64,000 bases of DNA from the human T2T-CHM13v2.0 reference genome, Homo sapiens, in assembly GCF_009914755.1 (NCBI RefSeq), contig NC_060927.1; one strand, written 5' to 3'. Position 1 is the first letter of the stretch. Every line of letters starts with the position of its first letter. The notes under the pieces are model-generated. The model saw only the letters and a list, made by a program, of their open reading frames with translations. It made no database searches and was not told the DNA's origin. This document shows, one piece after another, positions 39,991 through 53,702 of the stretch. A program made the translations under genes and the position numbers.

Positions 39991-42899
39991 AAAAGGTATT
40001 TTAAAACTCTCTAGAAATTTATTTAAGAGAACTCTGAACTGGAGTCCTTTACTCCCTAGAAAAATCATTTACTACATTTCTCTCTCAAGGCTCTTAAAAT
40101 TACATTTTAAGTTGTGGAAAAAAAGGTTATTATGAAATGTTTCAGAAAAGTATACGTCTATGAATTTTTCATAGTGAATAGAAATCCTAACCAGAAACTT
40201 CACACTTTTCCTATAATCATGGCTAATTTTCAAAAATGTATACAAACATAGCTCATAACTGCTTTTCTCTTCCCAATATCATGGACCTTTGCTGGTGAAA
40301 CTGTATTGGTTAAATATCAGACAATAAGTGTAAGCTCACTGATTTATTCAGGGATCTATTGTACAAATTAGATTATGATATTATATTACTATGCTAAACA
40401 TCCTAGCTATGTCCTGAAATTTAACTGTGAAATCACTTTATCAGAGGGACCACAACTGATTTATAGTACATAAAATAAATTAAAATAGCTGTGCCTCCTT
40501 CTTTCCCTTTTGATATTCTCACTTTCATAGTTCTTATAAAATTTATAGATAATCTCTATGAAAATCAGCCTCTTGATCTGACATTAGGTGGTATTTAACT
40601 TAGTTTTGTCCTATCCTAACCTAAGCTTTGTTTACTGCTGAATGATTTTTTCAGTACTCTTGATAATCTCCTATTGCCACAACTCGGTTTCAGCATGTGA
40701 AACTATGTGATAGAAATCTATACTTAAAAAAATTGCTCACTACTCAAATAGCAGCATTCTTGCTTTAAATCTTTTCATAATATGAAAAGTCAGCAAGGGC
40801 ATATCAAGATGATATATTGTCTGTTTTGGGCATTTTAAAGTTTCTCCATGCAAAAGAATTCCTTTCACAAATGCCAACTATGCTAAAATGCAAAGCATCA
40901 ACATAATAAAATAGTGCATATGGCCATTCAATTAGATTATTCTCTCTCTCTTAAAGGAGCATTGCAACTAATGGGCATAATTGCCTTTGAGAGCTTGGGA
41001 CAAGTTTATTTCCACCCAAGATGTTTTATATGTCATTTAAGCAATGAGAACTTTCTGGGGTAATGCCTTTACACTTTAATGAGAGAGTAGAACTCTGATT
41101 TTAATACTTAAACAGCCCACCAAAATGGAAATTGTAAATATTTTTGAAGAAGAAATGCCAGCAGAATTGTGCCAAACACTATTCTTAAAATATTGTAAAT
41201 ATAACATGTGCTAGGTTTAATTAACTTCTATTATCCATCAGTAAGGCTACATACCTGGCAACAATAGTGAACAGATGTATAAATACTGTAGGAGACTCTT
41301 TTGCTGAAAAATCTCTGAAGATTTTGCTCAGTCGGTAAGTACAACCTCTTGCTAGAGGATGTACTACTTTTAAAAATTGTGGCAAACATTCTAAGTTTTG
41401 CATGGAAAGATAAATCTTGGAGTCTTTCTTCACGGGATCATATTTTCTCTCCTTAAAATTTAAATTGAGTCTAGTTTTTTTATAGTATATGTAAACAATG
41501 GTCTATGCTGCAAGGTTATCAGATGAATTTAGGAAACAAAATGTCTTAGAAATACACCCAAAATAAATAGCCACCTGAGAAAAATGAAAATATCTGTGTA
41601 AACATTCGTGCATATTAAGAATGTATAGCATGTAGCAGTGTGTATTTTATTAGTAGTATTTAAATTTGTCTATTCCAGAAAGATTTACAGAAGAGTTACA
41701 GAATACATAAAATTTGGGGTCAGGTGTAAGAAGAAATGGTAACAGATTGTATCATACTCACTGGGAGCCTGTGGTCACTGGGTCTTGTGTAGGAAGTACA
41801 GGTAGTAGGGTGTCTCTTCTGTTCAAATTCTCATGCCTTCACTTCCCTACAGTGGGTGAGGGGTAGAGTGAAGACATCCAAAATATTTGTCACAAAAACT
41901 GTTCCCATGCCTACTTCATTTGGTAATACCAGGAATTCCTCTGATGGTGCCACTCTATCCGATGATATTCCAAGCTTCCATCCATAGTGTCTAGGCTATC
42001 TGTTATGCTTATAAACCATGATAGCAATAGCCTGCACATGGAGAGACAGCATAAAGAAAGAGGAAAATTTTTATTCAGGAAATGCCATTCTTTGTTTTTT
42101 GTAATTACCACTTTTCCTCACTAATTGTTCTAATTAAGTCTGTAAATTCTCAGGCATCCATATATTCCACAAGTGCTCCAAGGTTTCTAGAAGTAAGTAA
42201 CTCACTATTACCTTGCTGTTTCTGTTCTTGTTAATCTCTATTGAACCTTTTACCAAAAGCAAAGTGGAGAAGATAGGCAAAAGATAAAAACTGATGATAA
42301 AATGAGAAATAGAGAAGCAAAGAAGAGTTTGGGGGCAGACATGAGGGTAGACAATAAGCAGAAGGAAAGAGAACAATGTGGAATTTCTAAGGGGTATAAA
42401 AGAAATGGCCACATGTGTGATCTTATGCTATTTTCCTTGCCTCCACTCTAAGAGCACCATACATCACCAGTGTGTGATCTATGTGTCATATATATAAGCA
42501 TACATATGTGTGTGTGTGTACAAACACACATATGTTAGTCCTGAAAAATGATACAAATCTGTGTCGGTAATAGGCTCTGGGGATTTGAGAGCACAGAATC
42601 CTACGAGAGGCTCCTCAAGTAATAAGTAACTTCCCCAAGCTCTAGTTAGTCTAATTTTTCTCCTTGCAGTGTTCCCTCATTCCAACAATGATGAAGTAGA
42701 AAAGGAAAACAAAATTCTCCAATCCTCACCAAGTTCCAGCATTCATCAGGATGTCTCTCCTGTGGCCTGGCACAGTATTGGTTTGACAGCACTCTTTAGA
42801 GGGTAGTCTAACTTGTCTCTGGGAGGGCAACTCTTTCTTTTAACCTGTAACTGTGTTTAGAAAAATGTTTGTAAAATTCTGATTCTGACCTGTCACCTT

Positions 42900-43440
42900 C
42901 TGTGGGTTACTTTAAAATGGATTTCAATTACAAGGTAAAACACAAACTCTGCAGTCTGAAATTCTATATCCTCTCTATACAATCTATTCACTGACTGCCT
43001 TTGCAAACGTATCTCCAGCTATTTCAGCAATTCCAAAAGAAATGCTTTTTTCCCCCCTCTTTGATCTGCCTACTGAGCCATGCTAATCATTTCCACTCTG
43101 AGCCTTTCTTTACAGTATCCCTCTCATCTGAGCCCTCTTCTTCCCTTGGCCCATTCAAATCCTATCAACTTTTTTGGATGCAATGTGTATCCCATCTTCT
43201 CTGAGATCCTATCTTCCTAATATACTGTTCAGTAATAATTTTGTAAGTTTCCATTGCCCTTCCTCAATGACCAGTTATGTAGTGTTTGCATATTGGTATT
43301 GAATCTGCCATAGGTGTCTTTTTTCCCTAAAGAAACATACATTTTGAGATAAATGATCTTAACTTAGAGTCTTCTTTTTATCATTTGTAGAATCTGGCAT
43401 GGCATGCTATACATAAAATATAAATTATTGATTGAGTACA
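42900..43440 (+). mobile_element. Degenerate L2 3' region
   Basis: caaatcctatcaac; tttgtagaatctggcatggcatg...aattattgattga. Confidence 0.5.
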
Positions 43441-43607
43441 GACTTCAAAACTCTTTTGGTTTGAGTCTTGAAGATAAATATTTAGGATAAAAAAATTAAG
43501 TTGAATAACCAAGCAATTGCATATTAAGAGTTCAATAAGTACTAAAATTATGCTAGTTTATAAACATATTTATGAGTTGCTCTACACAATAAGGTAAAAT
43601 AATTGAT

Positions 43608-43912
43608 GGCCGGGCACAGGGCTCACGCCTGTAATCCCAGCACTTTGGGAGGCCGAGGCCGGCGGATCACAAGGTCAGGAGTTCGAGACCAATCTGGCCA
43701 ACATAGTGAAACCCCATCTCTACTAAAAATACGAAAAATTAACCAGGTGTGGTGGTGTGTGCCTGTAATCCCAGATACTTGGGAGGCGGAGGCAGGAGAA
43801 TTGCGTGAACCTGGGAGGCAGAGTTTTCAGTGAATCGAGATGGCGCTATTGCACTCCAGCCCTTGCAACAGTGCGAGACTCCGTCTCAAAAAATTAAATA
43901 CATAAAATAAAA
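43608..43912 (+). mobile_element. AluS (Sg-like)
   Basis: Full dimer with ggatcacaaggtcaggagttcgag; TSD taaaataattga on both sides. Confidence 0.93.
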
Positions 43913-44945
43913 TAAAATAATTGACAAAATATCAAATGTAAAATATAACTATAAATTTGTAATTGTATATCTTGTTTGATATTTAAGTAGACAAAAGAAA
44001 AAAATTTAATACCCTAGGTTGAATTGCATTACTCTGTAAAAGTTTTACTACTAACACAAAAAAAGTAAAAGAAAAAAATAAGTTGACTAGCAGTTAATGA
44101 ACATCACTATGAGAGTGTGAATTATATTCCTCACAAAAATAACAAAATAGCAAAAATAACAAAAGGCATGCAGCACAACCATATTTGCACATCGATGAAA
44201 GCTAAGCATAACTTTTCTAAGGCCTAAAAGTTCTCAATTAAACTATTAAAGTAATTGGATTTTGTGTTTAATCTCAGCATCACAGAAACTGTACATTGAG
44301 ATGTCTTTCACAAATACAGAGTCAGGAAGAATTATCTCTACTTATTTTGTTATTATAGTTGATATATGAAAATACACGGTGAAAAGGATTCTACTATCTA
44401 CAAGAAAAATGCAGCTAGATTACTTTTCCATTCCTAATAGAAACTTCGAAAAGATATCTTTTCTTTCTCTCTCTTTCTTTTAATCACAAATCCAATCTGG
44501 AACAGAAGCCAACGATAAACTTAATCTTCTGGTGAGTTTCAGCCATTTGACAATTATATAGGTTGGCTCATCAAGTAGGCATTGATTGTTAGCATTAGCC
44601 ACGAGTATATAAACACTTATAAATATTGCATGCAGAAGAGAAGCTGCACTTAGATGGATGATTAATAGTCCTGTTGTTGGTAATCTATTGTATCTTTTTT
44701 GCATGGAAAAAGCAATTAGAAACACATTTCCGACTATCCCAGACAGACCTTAGATGCTTCATAGCGGAAAATTAAAATTTTAGACATTGCAAAGAGTGTA
44801 ACAAATGTATCTTCAGGCACCACATAATAATAGTACCTGGAGGACTCGGACAAGCTCATGAGACCACAATTTGACTTACCTTTCCTCCTTTAGATAATTT
44901 AGTTTTATAAAACCATGAAATTATTTATTTTGATAGTGGATTTGG

Positions 44946-44970
44946 GTGTGTGTGTGTGTGTGTGTGTGTG
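44946..44970. repeat. (GT)n microsatellite
   Basis: Directly visible. Confidence 0.95.
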
Positions 44971-47859
44971 CATGCAGTTTACTGATTAATAAGAAATATG
45001 TGTGAATACATAAAAGGAGGGAGGGAAGGAGTGAGAGAGAGAGACTTACTCCAGAAAAATAAGTACAAATGGAAAAGGAATGGTAACTCTGACAAACATA
45101 CCTTACTAAACCTATAAATATGCAGGTCAGGAGACTTATACAACAGTCTGAAAATAAATTTTGCTATCAAAATTCCAAAGTTTTATTATAATCTTTGAGT
45201 AAAATTGATTTTTAATATGAAAAAAATCCTTTATTGTATTCTTAGAGTTTTTCATTGTATACACTACAAACTAGATATTATATGTCAGGTAAGTCATTGT
45301 TGTCTAAAAACTGCCATATTAGATTTCTTCCTGGAAGAGAATTGTAACTTTTATTATTATTATCATTACTTACACTGAGGAACTGCTCACATTCTAGGAA
45401 AACTTTTAAAAATCAGTCTAAGAGGAGCAGAGAGTATCGAGCTAAGTTAATGTTATTAGGAATCCATTAAAATCCTTTATGGACATTTCCTTGCCTTTCT
45501 TTTAAATGGCTGTAAATACCAGGAGCCTTCTTTGCAGCAGAGAAATTGGGCCTACAGAGGGCAACTAGATTCAATTCCCACCAATGAGTGCATCTTTTCT
45601 TCATTATTTCATGTACCAATTTCACTATACTTGAGTAATGAAAAAAAAAAAACAGAATTAGTATAGTGTCTTAGGATTATTAGGTTATTCTTCATCACAT
45701 ATTATTTTCAGAAATTTCATATATTAACTTTTAAATTTTTAACTTCAAGTTCTAAATACTATAATGGTAGAATTTTCTATTAACATAACAATAACTTACT
45801 GATGACATCATAAAACCTAAAATGTATGTGACACCACTTTCTTTCGTATTCTTTTCTCTATAACCTCCAGCTCATAAAACAAAGTTTTGAATCAAATGAA
45901 TGAAAGTGAGTGTTGTGGGCCAGTGGATATTGAAGACAGTGGATGTCTGTTCCAACTTGCTGTTGATAAAACTCATAAGTGTGTTGTGATGTATTGTTAT
46001 AAAGCACCTCTGTCCTCACAATCCTAACACCCACCCATATTACAGTCTGTATGTGTGATAACAAGAGTGATTTTGGAGAAAGGAAAGAGATAGAAGAAAG
46101 GGAGAGGGAACAGAAGGTACTCTTATGGATAATAAAATGATGACACTTTAAAAAACACATCTGATGCAATTTGTACATAGTTAAAATCTACATTTAGTTG
46201 TGTGTACTGCAGTATTCCTGTTTAGGAATAAAATATCTATTACATAGGATAAAGTTTTAAATTAACAATTTTTTTCTGTTACTAGAAAATATAGGCCATA
46301 ATTTTTCCTTAGTCTAGATGGAATTTGAAGCAAAAAAAATCTATAAAATCTATTGACTGAGAAAGCCATATCAGGTAAACAAAAGGAGTTATGAATTCTT
46401 ATGGGATGGCTCTCCTAATAACTAGTTTTAACTATCTTAATAAATGCTAGTCCTACAACTAATGCTTTTTTGGTGCTGCTTTTTTGTCAGAGCTGATTGG
46501 GACTTTTCTGGATTATCCATTGTCTTTCCCTAGTTTTAGTGTTCATAGCAAAGTGCGAGAATGCATACTACATCTTTTTGGTTGACTTGATTTACATGAT
46601 TTTTTCAAGCCTAAGTAGACAGCCAATTTAACTGCTTCAATATGGCCAAAAAGCTGGACTCAATGGCTGTTATCAGATCTCATTAGAAAAGAAGATTACT
46701 AAGACAAGGCTTCATTTGGAAGAATCATCTCTTTTCCTCTCCAGATAGAGGTTTGAGGAAGCCAGAGACATGGCTCAGGTGTTGCATCTGTGACAGTTTT
46801 CTGGCAGAGCAGTATTCCTTAATTGCCCATCTAGCTAGGAGGAAGCTTTATTAGACACATTTATTGTTCTCATTGCAAACTGGTGTTCCACAGTATTACC
46901 CTCCAAGTCAATTGTGTGGCTATTTGTCAGGCCAGGTGAATAATGCAGTACTGAAATAACTATTGGTTATTTTGATATAGGAATAATCTAATTTTGTTAA
47001 TTTTGTGGCAATCTGTTGAGAATTAACTGATATTTTTAAAAAGTGAAATTAGCCTGTAAATGGTTGATTTGATATGCATGGTTTACAGTATACAGGTACA
47101 CCTAACAAAGCCATTTGTTTTCTATAAAATTACAGTAAAACACAATATAATCAACGTTTAATCACAATTCTTAAATGTGCATAAATACGAACTTACCTCT
47201 GCCTCAGCTCATTCCTGTGTGTGCTCTCCTTATGTCACTCATAAAACAGCTTCCCTTTGGGATTCCAAGAAAGCAAACCTTTAGACCACCCCATAACTGA
47301 GAATGATTCTACCCTTAGCAGCTTCCAATCTTTCCAGTGTTATTTTTCTGATGGTTTTGTTTTTGTTCAGTGATGTTTACAGCATACAAACCAAACTGCA
47401 TGTGAAATATTGCCCACCTGCAAAAGCTCTCAAAGGGCACTAAATGAGGTAACCATGACATGCAAGAATGATTGTTTCTGGGATAAGAGGATGGAGTTAC
47501 ACAAAGACAATACTCTCTAGGTAAACCTGAAATGAGTCATTTGACATATTTCAAGGGCAAACTGAACAGCTTAAAAAACGCCTATTTAGTAACAGAAAAC
47601 AGTTGCTACAGCTATACATTGGTTTACTTAGATTGGTTGACCAACCCTCGAATACTAGCTTTTTCTATGCATTGTGTTGGCCCTGTCTTCTCTTCCTCCC
47701 TCCCTTCCTTCCTTTCATTTTATTTCCTCAGGGAAATTTTCCAATACAACCCCTTGCTCCTAAAAGCATGTGACAACTCTTCTAAGTTCACTGTGCTCTG
47801 TCTTTCCTTGAAATTCCTATGGCAATTATAAAGATGTTTAATTATACTTCACTTTATAC

Positions 47860-49400
47860 TGATTTCATATTAATTATCATAAATATTTTCTTTATGAAGT
47901 TTATCATAGGCAGAAAAATATTTGTATGTGCCAATAAAGAGTAGGAAAAAATTAATATCCATTATAGTTTAAATATAATCATCACCATTAATTTTAAAGC
48001 TCTTGTGTGCAATATCTCCTTATGGCTTTTCCTCAGTTTCTGTTACATTGTCTTATTTTTATTTATTTGTAGGAGTTAATTTTAGGAGATTATATATAAT
48101 CCTTCCTCAGAAGTGTGTTGCAAAATCTTCTCTACGTGACTTAAATAAAACAAAACCTCTTTAGAAGAAAATATATGAAGCTATCTTCACATCCTCTGGA
48201 TAAAAAAGGTTTGTTTTTAAACAAGACATAAAAGCACGTACCATAAAGAAAAATATAAAACATTTTAACTACATTAAAACTAGTAATTTATTTTAATTAA
48301 AAAATAAAAAGAATGAAGAAAACAAAGTCATATCAAAAATAGTTATACTTCGGTAGATATTTTTTCTTATCACTATGGAGATATTTCATTCTTTTTGGCT
48401 TCCCTTTTTGCCGTTGAGAAATAAATAGTCTGACTGTTATTTTTCTGTAGGTCAACTGATCTTGTTCTTGGATTGCTTTGAAGGCCTTTTCTTTGTGTTT
48501 TGTTTATTCATCTGCTCTGCTATTTTGCCCTGGCATGGCTGTGTATTTTCTTTTTATTTATTCTGCTTGAGATTCTTTAAGTTTTCTGAATCTGAAGAAT
48601 GTTATATTCTATAAAACATGGTATATTATTTACTGTTATGTCTCTGACTATGGCCTTTCCCTAATCTTCTGATTCTCCACTTTTGAAAATATGATTAGAG
48701 AGAGTTTGGGCAAATTCACTCTATCCTTCCTGATTATAGTTTTTATCTCTGTCTTCCTGAATAATTATCTATAGAACTATGTTCTACTTCACTAATGCTT
48801 TCTGAAGCTGTGTTTAATTGCTTTTAATGTGAAGTTTTAATTACTAAAATTAAATATTTTAGTAGTAGTATATTTTTATTTTATGTCAATATTATTTGTA
48901 TAAAAATTTTAATATATATAGTATATTTTTCATTTTTGGAAGTTTGTGCTAATTTCAAAATTCAGAAAAAAATTGATGTTTTATTGTTTAACATAACTTC
49001 AATTACCTTCTTTATTTCTTTACATGTAAATGTATTTATTTGATATTTTTATGTGATGATTCCATTGTCTACAGTTTGGGAATCTGATGCTTTAGTTTTA
49101 CTCTTGCTTGTGCTTATTCATTGTTTTGTGATTCTTGATGGTTTTATTTTGAATGCAGGTTGCTATTTAGAATTTTATTAATAGAAAGAATTTGAGGACT
49201 TTGTTTAAAATATTTTCCATTTATTTATTTTTTCTCCAAATCCCTATGGACAGACCAATATGGGGCTGCATTAGACTAATTTTTTTTTAGGCTTTTAAGG
49301 CAACAAGTTATATGATTTCAGGACACAAGGTTGTGTGATTACGAGTTTATGCTTTAAAAATATTTTTTTCTTTTTAACTTTCGTTCTACTCAGCCCCAAT
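47860..49400. mobile_element. Cluster of old L1M fragments in mixed orientation (sense piece about 48140-48335, antisense ORF1-like piece from about 48350)
   Basis: aaaacctctttagaagaaaatatatg...ccataaagaaaaa (sense); ttttgccgttgagaa...ttttctgaatctgaag (antisense). Confidence 0.55.
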
Positions 49401-50231
49401 TCAAGGCCAAATCAGTCACCTATACTACTGTAGTATGTATTTGGTGATTGTTTGTTTGTTTTCCTAATTCACCTACTGAGTATGTTATCCTTTAGGAATA
49501 TTGGCCTTATGTGGAGAATTCTGAGCTGATACTCTTTCTTCTCCTGCTTAATTTTTATCCATTTTTCTTGTATGTGGCCCTTTTAACCCCTAGTGTATGG
49601 ACTTTGAAGATAGACAACTTCCAGACAAATCCTGACATTAGTGCTACATTATTCTTTTTTAATTACACTTTCTTCTCTTTGTGGCTTCCATTTTCCTTAC
49701 TATACTGCTAGTGCAGGCACAATTTGACATATATATATTAAATATTGCAGGATTTTGTGTACTGTCCCAGGAGTGGCTTCTCTTGTTTGGTCTGTCTTAT
49801 CTTAGTATTTTTTTTCACAGGGAAGTTATAAACTTCCTTAAGGTACAAAAATTATTACAGTTTTATATGTCTAGAGGATATATTGCTTAATGTTATGCAC
49901 TTACAAGGTGCTAAGTAAACTTTCTAAAATGCATTAAAATTTACTCAATAAACTGAAAATCTTGTGATGAGCTGTACTCTTTATTCATGCATACTAGAGG
50001 CTCGTATCAAGTCAATGCAATCTCTGTTGAGCATTTATTAACTTACAATCTGTAAGGCATTGTATCAATTCTATGATTACAAGAGACAGCACCTTAATTC
50101 AACTAGTTGAAGACATTTTAGTTTAATCAGAAGCCCCCAAAAGAGTTAAAGGAAATATTTTATTCATTTTAATGATAAATTTCTCATAATATCTGCTACA
50201 ATCCCCACCACTGTAAACAACTGAAAAAAAT

Positions 50232-50257
50232 ACGTATATATATAGCACACATATAGC

Positions 50258-50290
<33 letters not shown>

Positions 50291-50343
50291 TATGCTACTT
50301 GAATCTGGTTTGACATATATATATGTCAGATTGAAGTAGCATA
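50232..50343. repeat. (TA)n tract plus quasi-palindrome
   Basis: tagc(at)n gcta overlapping tatgctacttgaatctg...cagattgaagtagcata. Confidence 0.9.
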
Positions 50344-50398
50344 ACCAATTGAAACATAATTATTTAATACTTTTTTTGACCAGTAAAATCTTTAAATA

Positions 50399-53300
50399 CT
50401 TTTTTTTATTATACTTTAAGTTCTGGGATACACGTGCAGAATATGCATCTTTCATACATAGGTATACATGTACCATGGTGGCTTGCTGCACCCATCAACC
50501 TGTCATATACATTAGGTATTTCTCCTAACGCTATCCCTCCCCTTGCCCCCCACCCCCGACAGGCCCTGCTGTGTGATGTTTTCCTCCATGTGCCCATATG
50601 TTCTCATTGTTCAACTCCCACTTATGAGTGAGAACATGCAGTGTTTGTTTCTCTGTTCCTGTGTTTGCTGGGTATGATGGTTTCTGGCTTCAACTATGTT
50701 CCTGCAAAGGACATAAACTCATTCTTTTTTATGGCTGCATCATATTCCATGGTGTATATGTGCCACATTTTTTTATCCAGTCTATCATTGATGAGCATTT
50801 GGCTTGGTTCCAAGCTTTTGCTATTGTGACTAGTGCTGCAATAAACATATGTGTGCATGTGTCTTTATAGTAGAATGATTTATAATCATTTGAGTATATA
50901 CCCAGTAATGGGATTGCTGGGTCAAATGGTATTTCTAGTTCTAGATCCTGGAGGTATCACCACACCATCTTCCACAATGATTGAACTAATTTATACTCCC
51001 ACCAACACTGTAAAAGTATTCCTATTTCTCCACATCCTCTCCAGCATCTGTTATTTCCAGACTTGTTAATAATCGCCATTCCAACTGGCATGAGAAGGTA
51101 TGTCATTGTGGTTTTGATTTGCATTTCTCTAGTGACCAGTGATGATGAACTTTTTCTCATATGTTTGTTGGTCATATAAATGTCTTCTTTTGAGAAGTGT
51201 CTGTTCATATCCTTCGCCCACTTTTTGATGGGGTGGTTTGTTTTCTTGTAAATTTGTTTAAGTTTTTGTAGATTCTGGATATTAGCCCTTTGTTAGATAG
51301 ATAGTTTGCAAATTTTTCTCCCATTCTGTAGGTTGCCTGTTCCCTCTGATGATAGTTTCTTTTGCTGTGCAGAAGCTCTTTAGTTTAATTAGATCTCATT
51401 TGTCAATTCAATTTTGGCTTTTGTTGCAATTGCTTTTGGTGTTTCAGTCATGAAGTCTGTGCCCATGCCTATGTCATGAATGGTATTTCCTAGGTTTTCT
51501 TCTAGGGTTTTTATGGTTTTAGGTCTAACATTTAAGTCTTTAATTCATCTTGAGTTATTTTTTGTATAAGGTGTAAGGAAGGGATCCAATTTCAGTTTTC
51601 TGCATATGGCTAGCCAATTTTCCCAACACCATTTATTAAATAGAAAATACTTTCCCCATTGCTTGTTTTTCTCAGGTTTGTCAAAGATCAGATGGTTGTA
51701 GATGTGTGGTGTTATTTCTGAGACCTCTGTTCTGTTCCATTGGTCTATATATCTGTTTTGGTACCAGTACCATGCTGTTTTGATTACTGTAGCCATGTAG
51801 TATAGTTTGAAGTCAGATAGTGTGATGCCTTCAGCTTTGTTCTTTTTGCTTAGGATTGTCTTGGCTATGTGGGCTCTTTTTTTGTTCCATATGAAATTGA
51901 AAGTAGTTTTTTCCAATTCTGTGAAGAAAGCCAATGGTAGCTTGATGGGGATAGCCTTGAATCTATAAATAACTTTGGGCAGTATGGCCATTTTCACGAT
52001 ATTGATTCTACCTATCTATGAGCATTGAATGTTTTTCCATTTGTTTGTGTCCTCTCTTATTTCCTTGAGCAGTGGTTTGTAGTTCTTGAAGAGGTCCTTC
52101 ACATCCCTTGTAAGTTGGATTCCTAGGTATTTTATTCCCTTTGCAGCAATTGTGAATGAGAGTTCACTCATGATTTGGCTCTCTGTCTATTATTGGTGTA
52201 TAGCAATGCTTTTGATTTTTGCACATTGATTTTGTATCTTGATATATGGTTGAAGTTGCTTATCAGATTAAGGAGATTTTGGGCTGAGACAATGGGGTTT
52301 TCTAAGTATACAATCATGTCATCTGCAAACAGGGGCAATTTGACTTCCTCTTTTCCTATTTGAATACCCTTTATTTCTTTACCTTGTCTGATTGTCCTGG
52401 GCAGAACTTCCAATATTTTGTTGAATAAGAGTGGTGAGAGAGGGCATCTTTGTCTTATGGCAGTTTTCAAAGGGAATGCTTCCAGCTTTTGCCCATTCGG
52501 TATGATATTTGTTGTGGGTTTGTCATCAATAGCTCTTATTATTTTGAGATACATTCTATCAATACCTACTTTATTGAGAGTTTTTAGCCTGAAGGGGTGC
52601 TGAATCTTATCAAAGGCCTTTTGTGCATCTATTGAGTTAGTCATGAGATTTTTCTCATTAGTTCTGCTTATGTGATGGATTACGTTTATTGATTTGTGTA
52701 TGTTGAACCAGACTTGAATTCCAGGGATGAAGCCGACTTGATCTTGTTGGATAAGCTTTTTAGTGTGCTGCTGGATTCGGTTTACCAGTATTTTATTGAG
52801 GATTTTTGCATCAATGTTCATCAGGGATATTGGCCTGATATTTCCTTTTTTTGTTGTGTCTCTGCCAGGTTTTGGTATCAGGATGATGCTGGCCTCATAA
52901 AATGAGTTGGGGAGGAGTCTCTCTTTTTCTCTTGTTTGGAATAGTTTCAGAAGGAATGATATCAGCTCCTCTTTGTACCTCTGGTAGAATTTGGCTGTGA
53001 ATCCATCTGGTCCTGGACCTTTTTTGGTTGGTAGGCTATTAATTACTGCCTCAATTTCAGAACTTGTTATTGGTCTATTCAGGGATTCAACTTCTTCCTG
53101 GTTTAGTCTTGGGAGTGTTATGTGTCCAGGAATTTATCCATTTCTTCTAGATATTCTAGTTTATTTGCATAGAGGTGTTTAGAGTATTCTCTGGTGGTAG
53201 TTTGTATTTCTGTGGGATCAGTGGTGATACCCCTTTTATCATTTTTTATTGTGTCTATTTGATTCTTCTCTCTTTTCTTCTTTATTAGTCCAGCTAGTGG

Positions 53301-53702
53301 TCTATTTTGTTAATCTTTTCAAAAAACTAGCTCCTGATTTCATTGATTTTTTGAAGGATTTTTTTGTGTCTCTCTTTCAGTTCTTCCTTAATCTTAGTTA
53401 TTTCTTGTCTTCTGCTAGCTTTTAAATTTGTTTGCTCTTGCTTCTCTAGTTCTTTTAATTGTCATGTTGGGGTGTCGATTTTAGATCCTTCCTGCTTTCT
53501 CCTGTGGGCATTAAGTGCTATAAATTTCCCTCTAAACACTGCTTTAGCTATGTCCCAGAGATTCTGGTACATTGTGTCTTTGTTGTCATTGTTTTTGAAT
53601 AACTTATTTATTTCCACTTATTTCATTAAGTTGTTCTTCAATCTCTGATATCCCTTCTTCCACTTGATCAATTTGAGTACTGAAACTTGTGTATGCTTCG
53701 CA
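50399..53702 (-). mobile_element. L1PA7-like element, 3' ~3.2 kb plus a short ORF1 remnant; ORF2 disrupted
   Basis: Poly(T) attatactttaagttctgggata; ORFs 52168-52821 (LFADDMIVY), 51545-51997 and 50957-51208 (CWRGCGE...CWWE) are ORF2p pieces. Confidence 0.95.

Noticed and set aside
43603-43833. ORFs over Alu and LTR sequence (also 2850-3131, 13314-13660, 20014-20358, 29253-29513)
   Set aside because: Translations of repeat sequence, not genes
52168-52821. 217-aa reverse-transcriptase-like ORF as a novel RT system or gene
   Set aside because: It is a frameshifted piece of LINE-1 ORF2p inside an L1PA copy. The same applies to 6695-7677, 50957-51208 and 51545-51997
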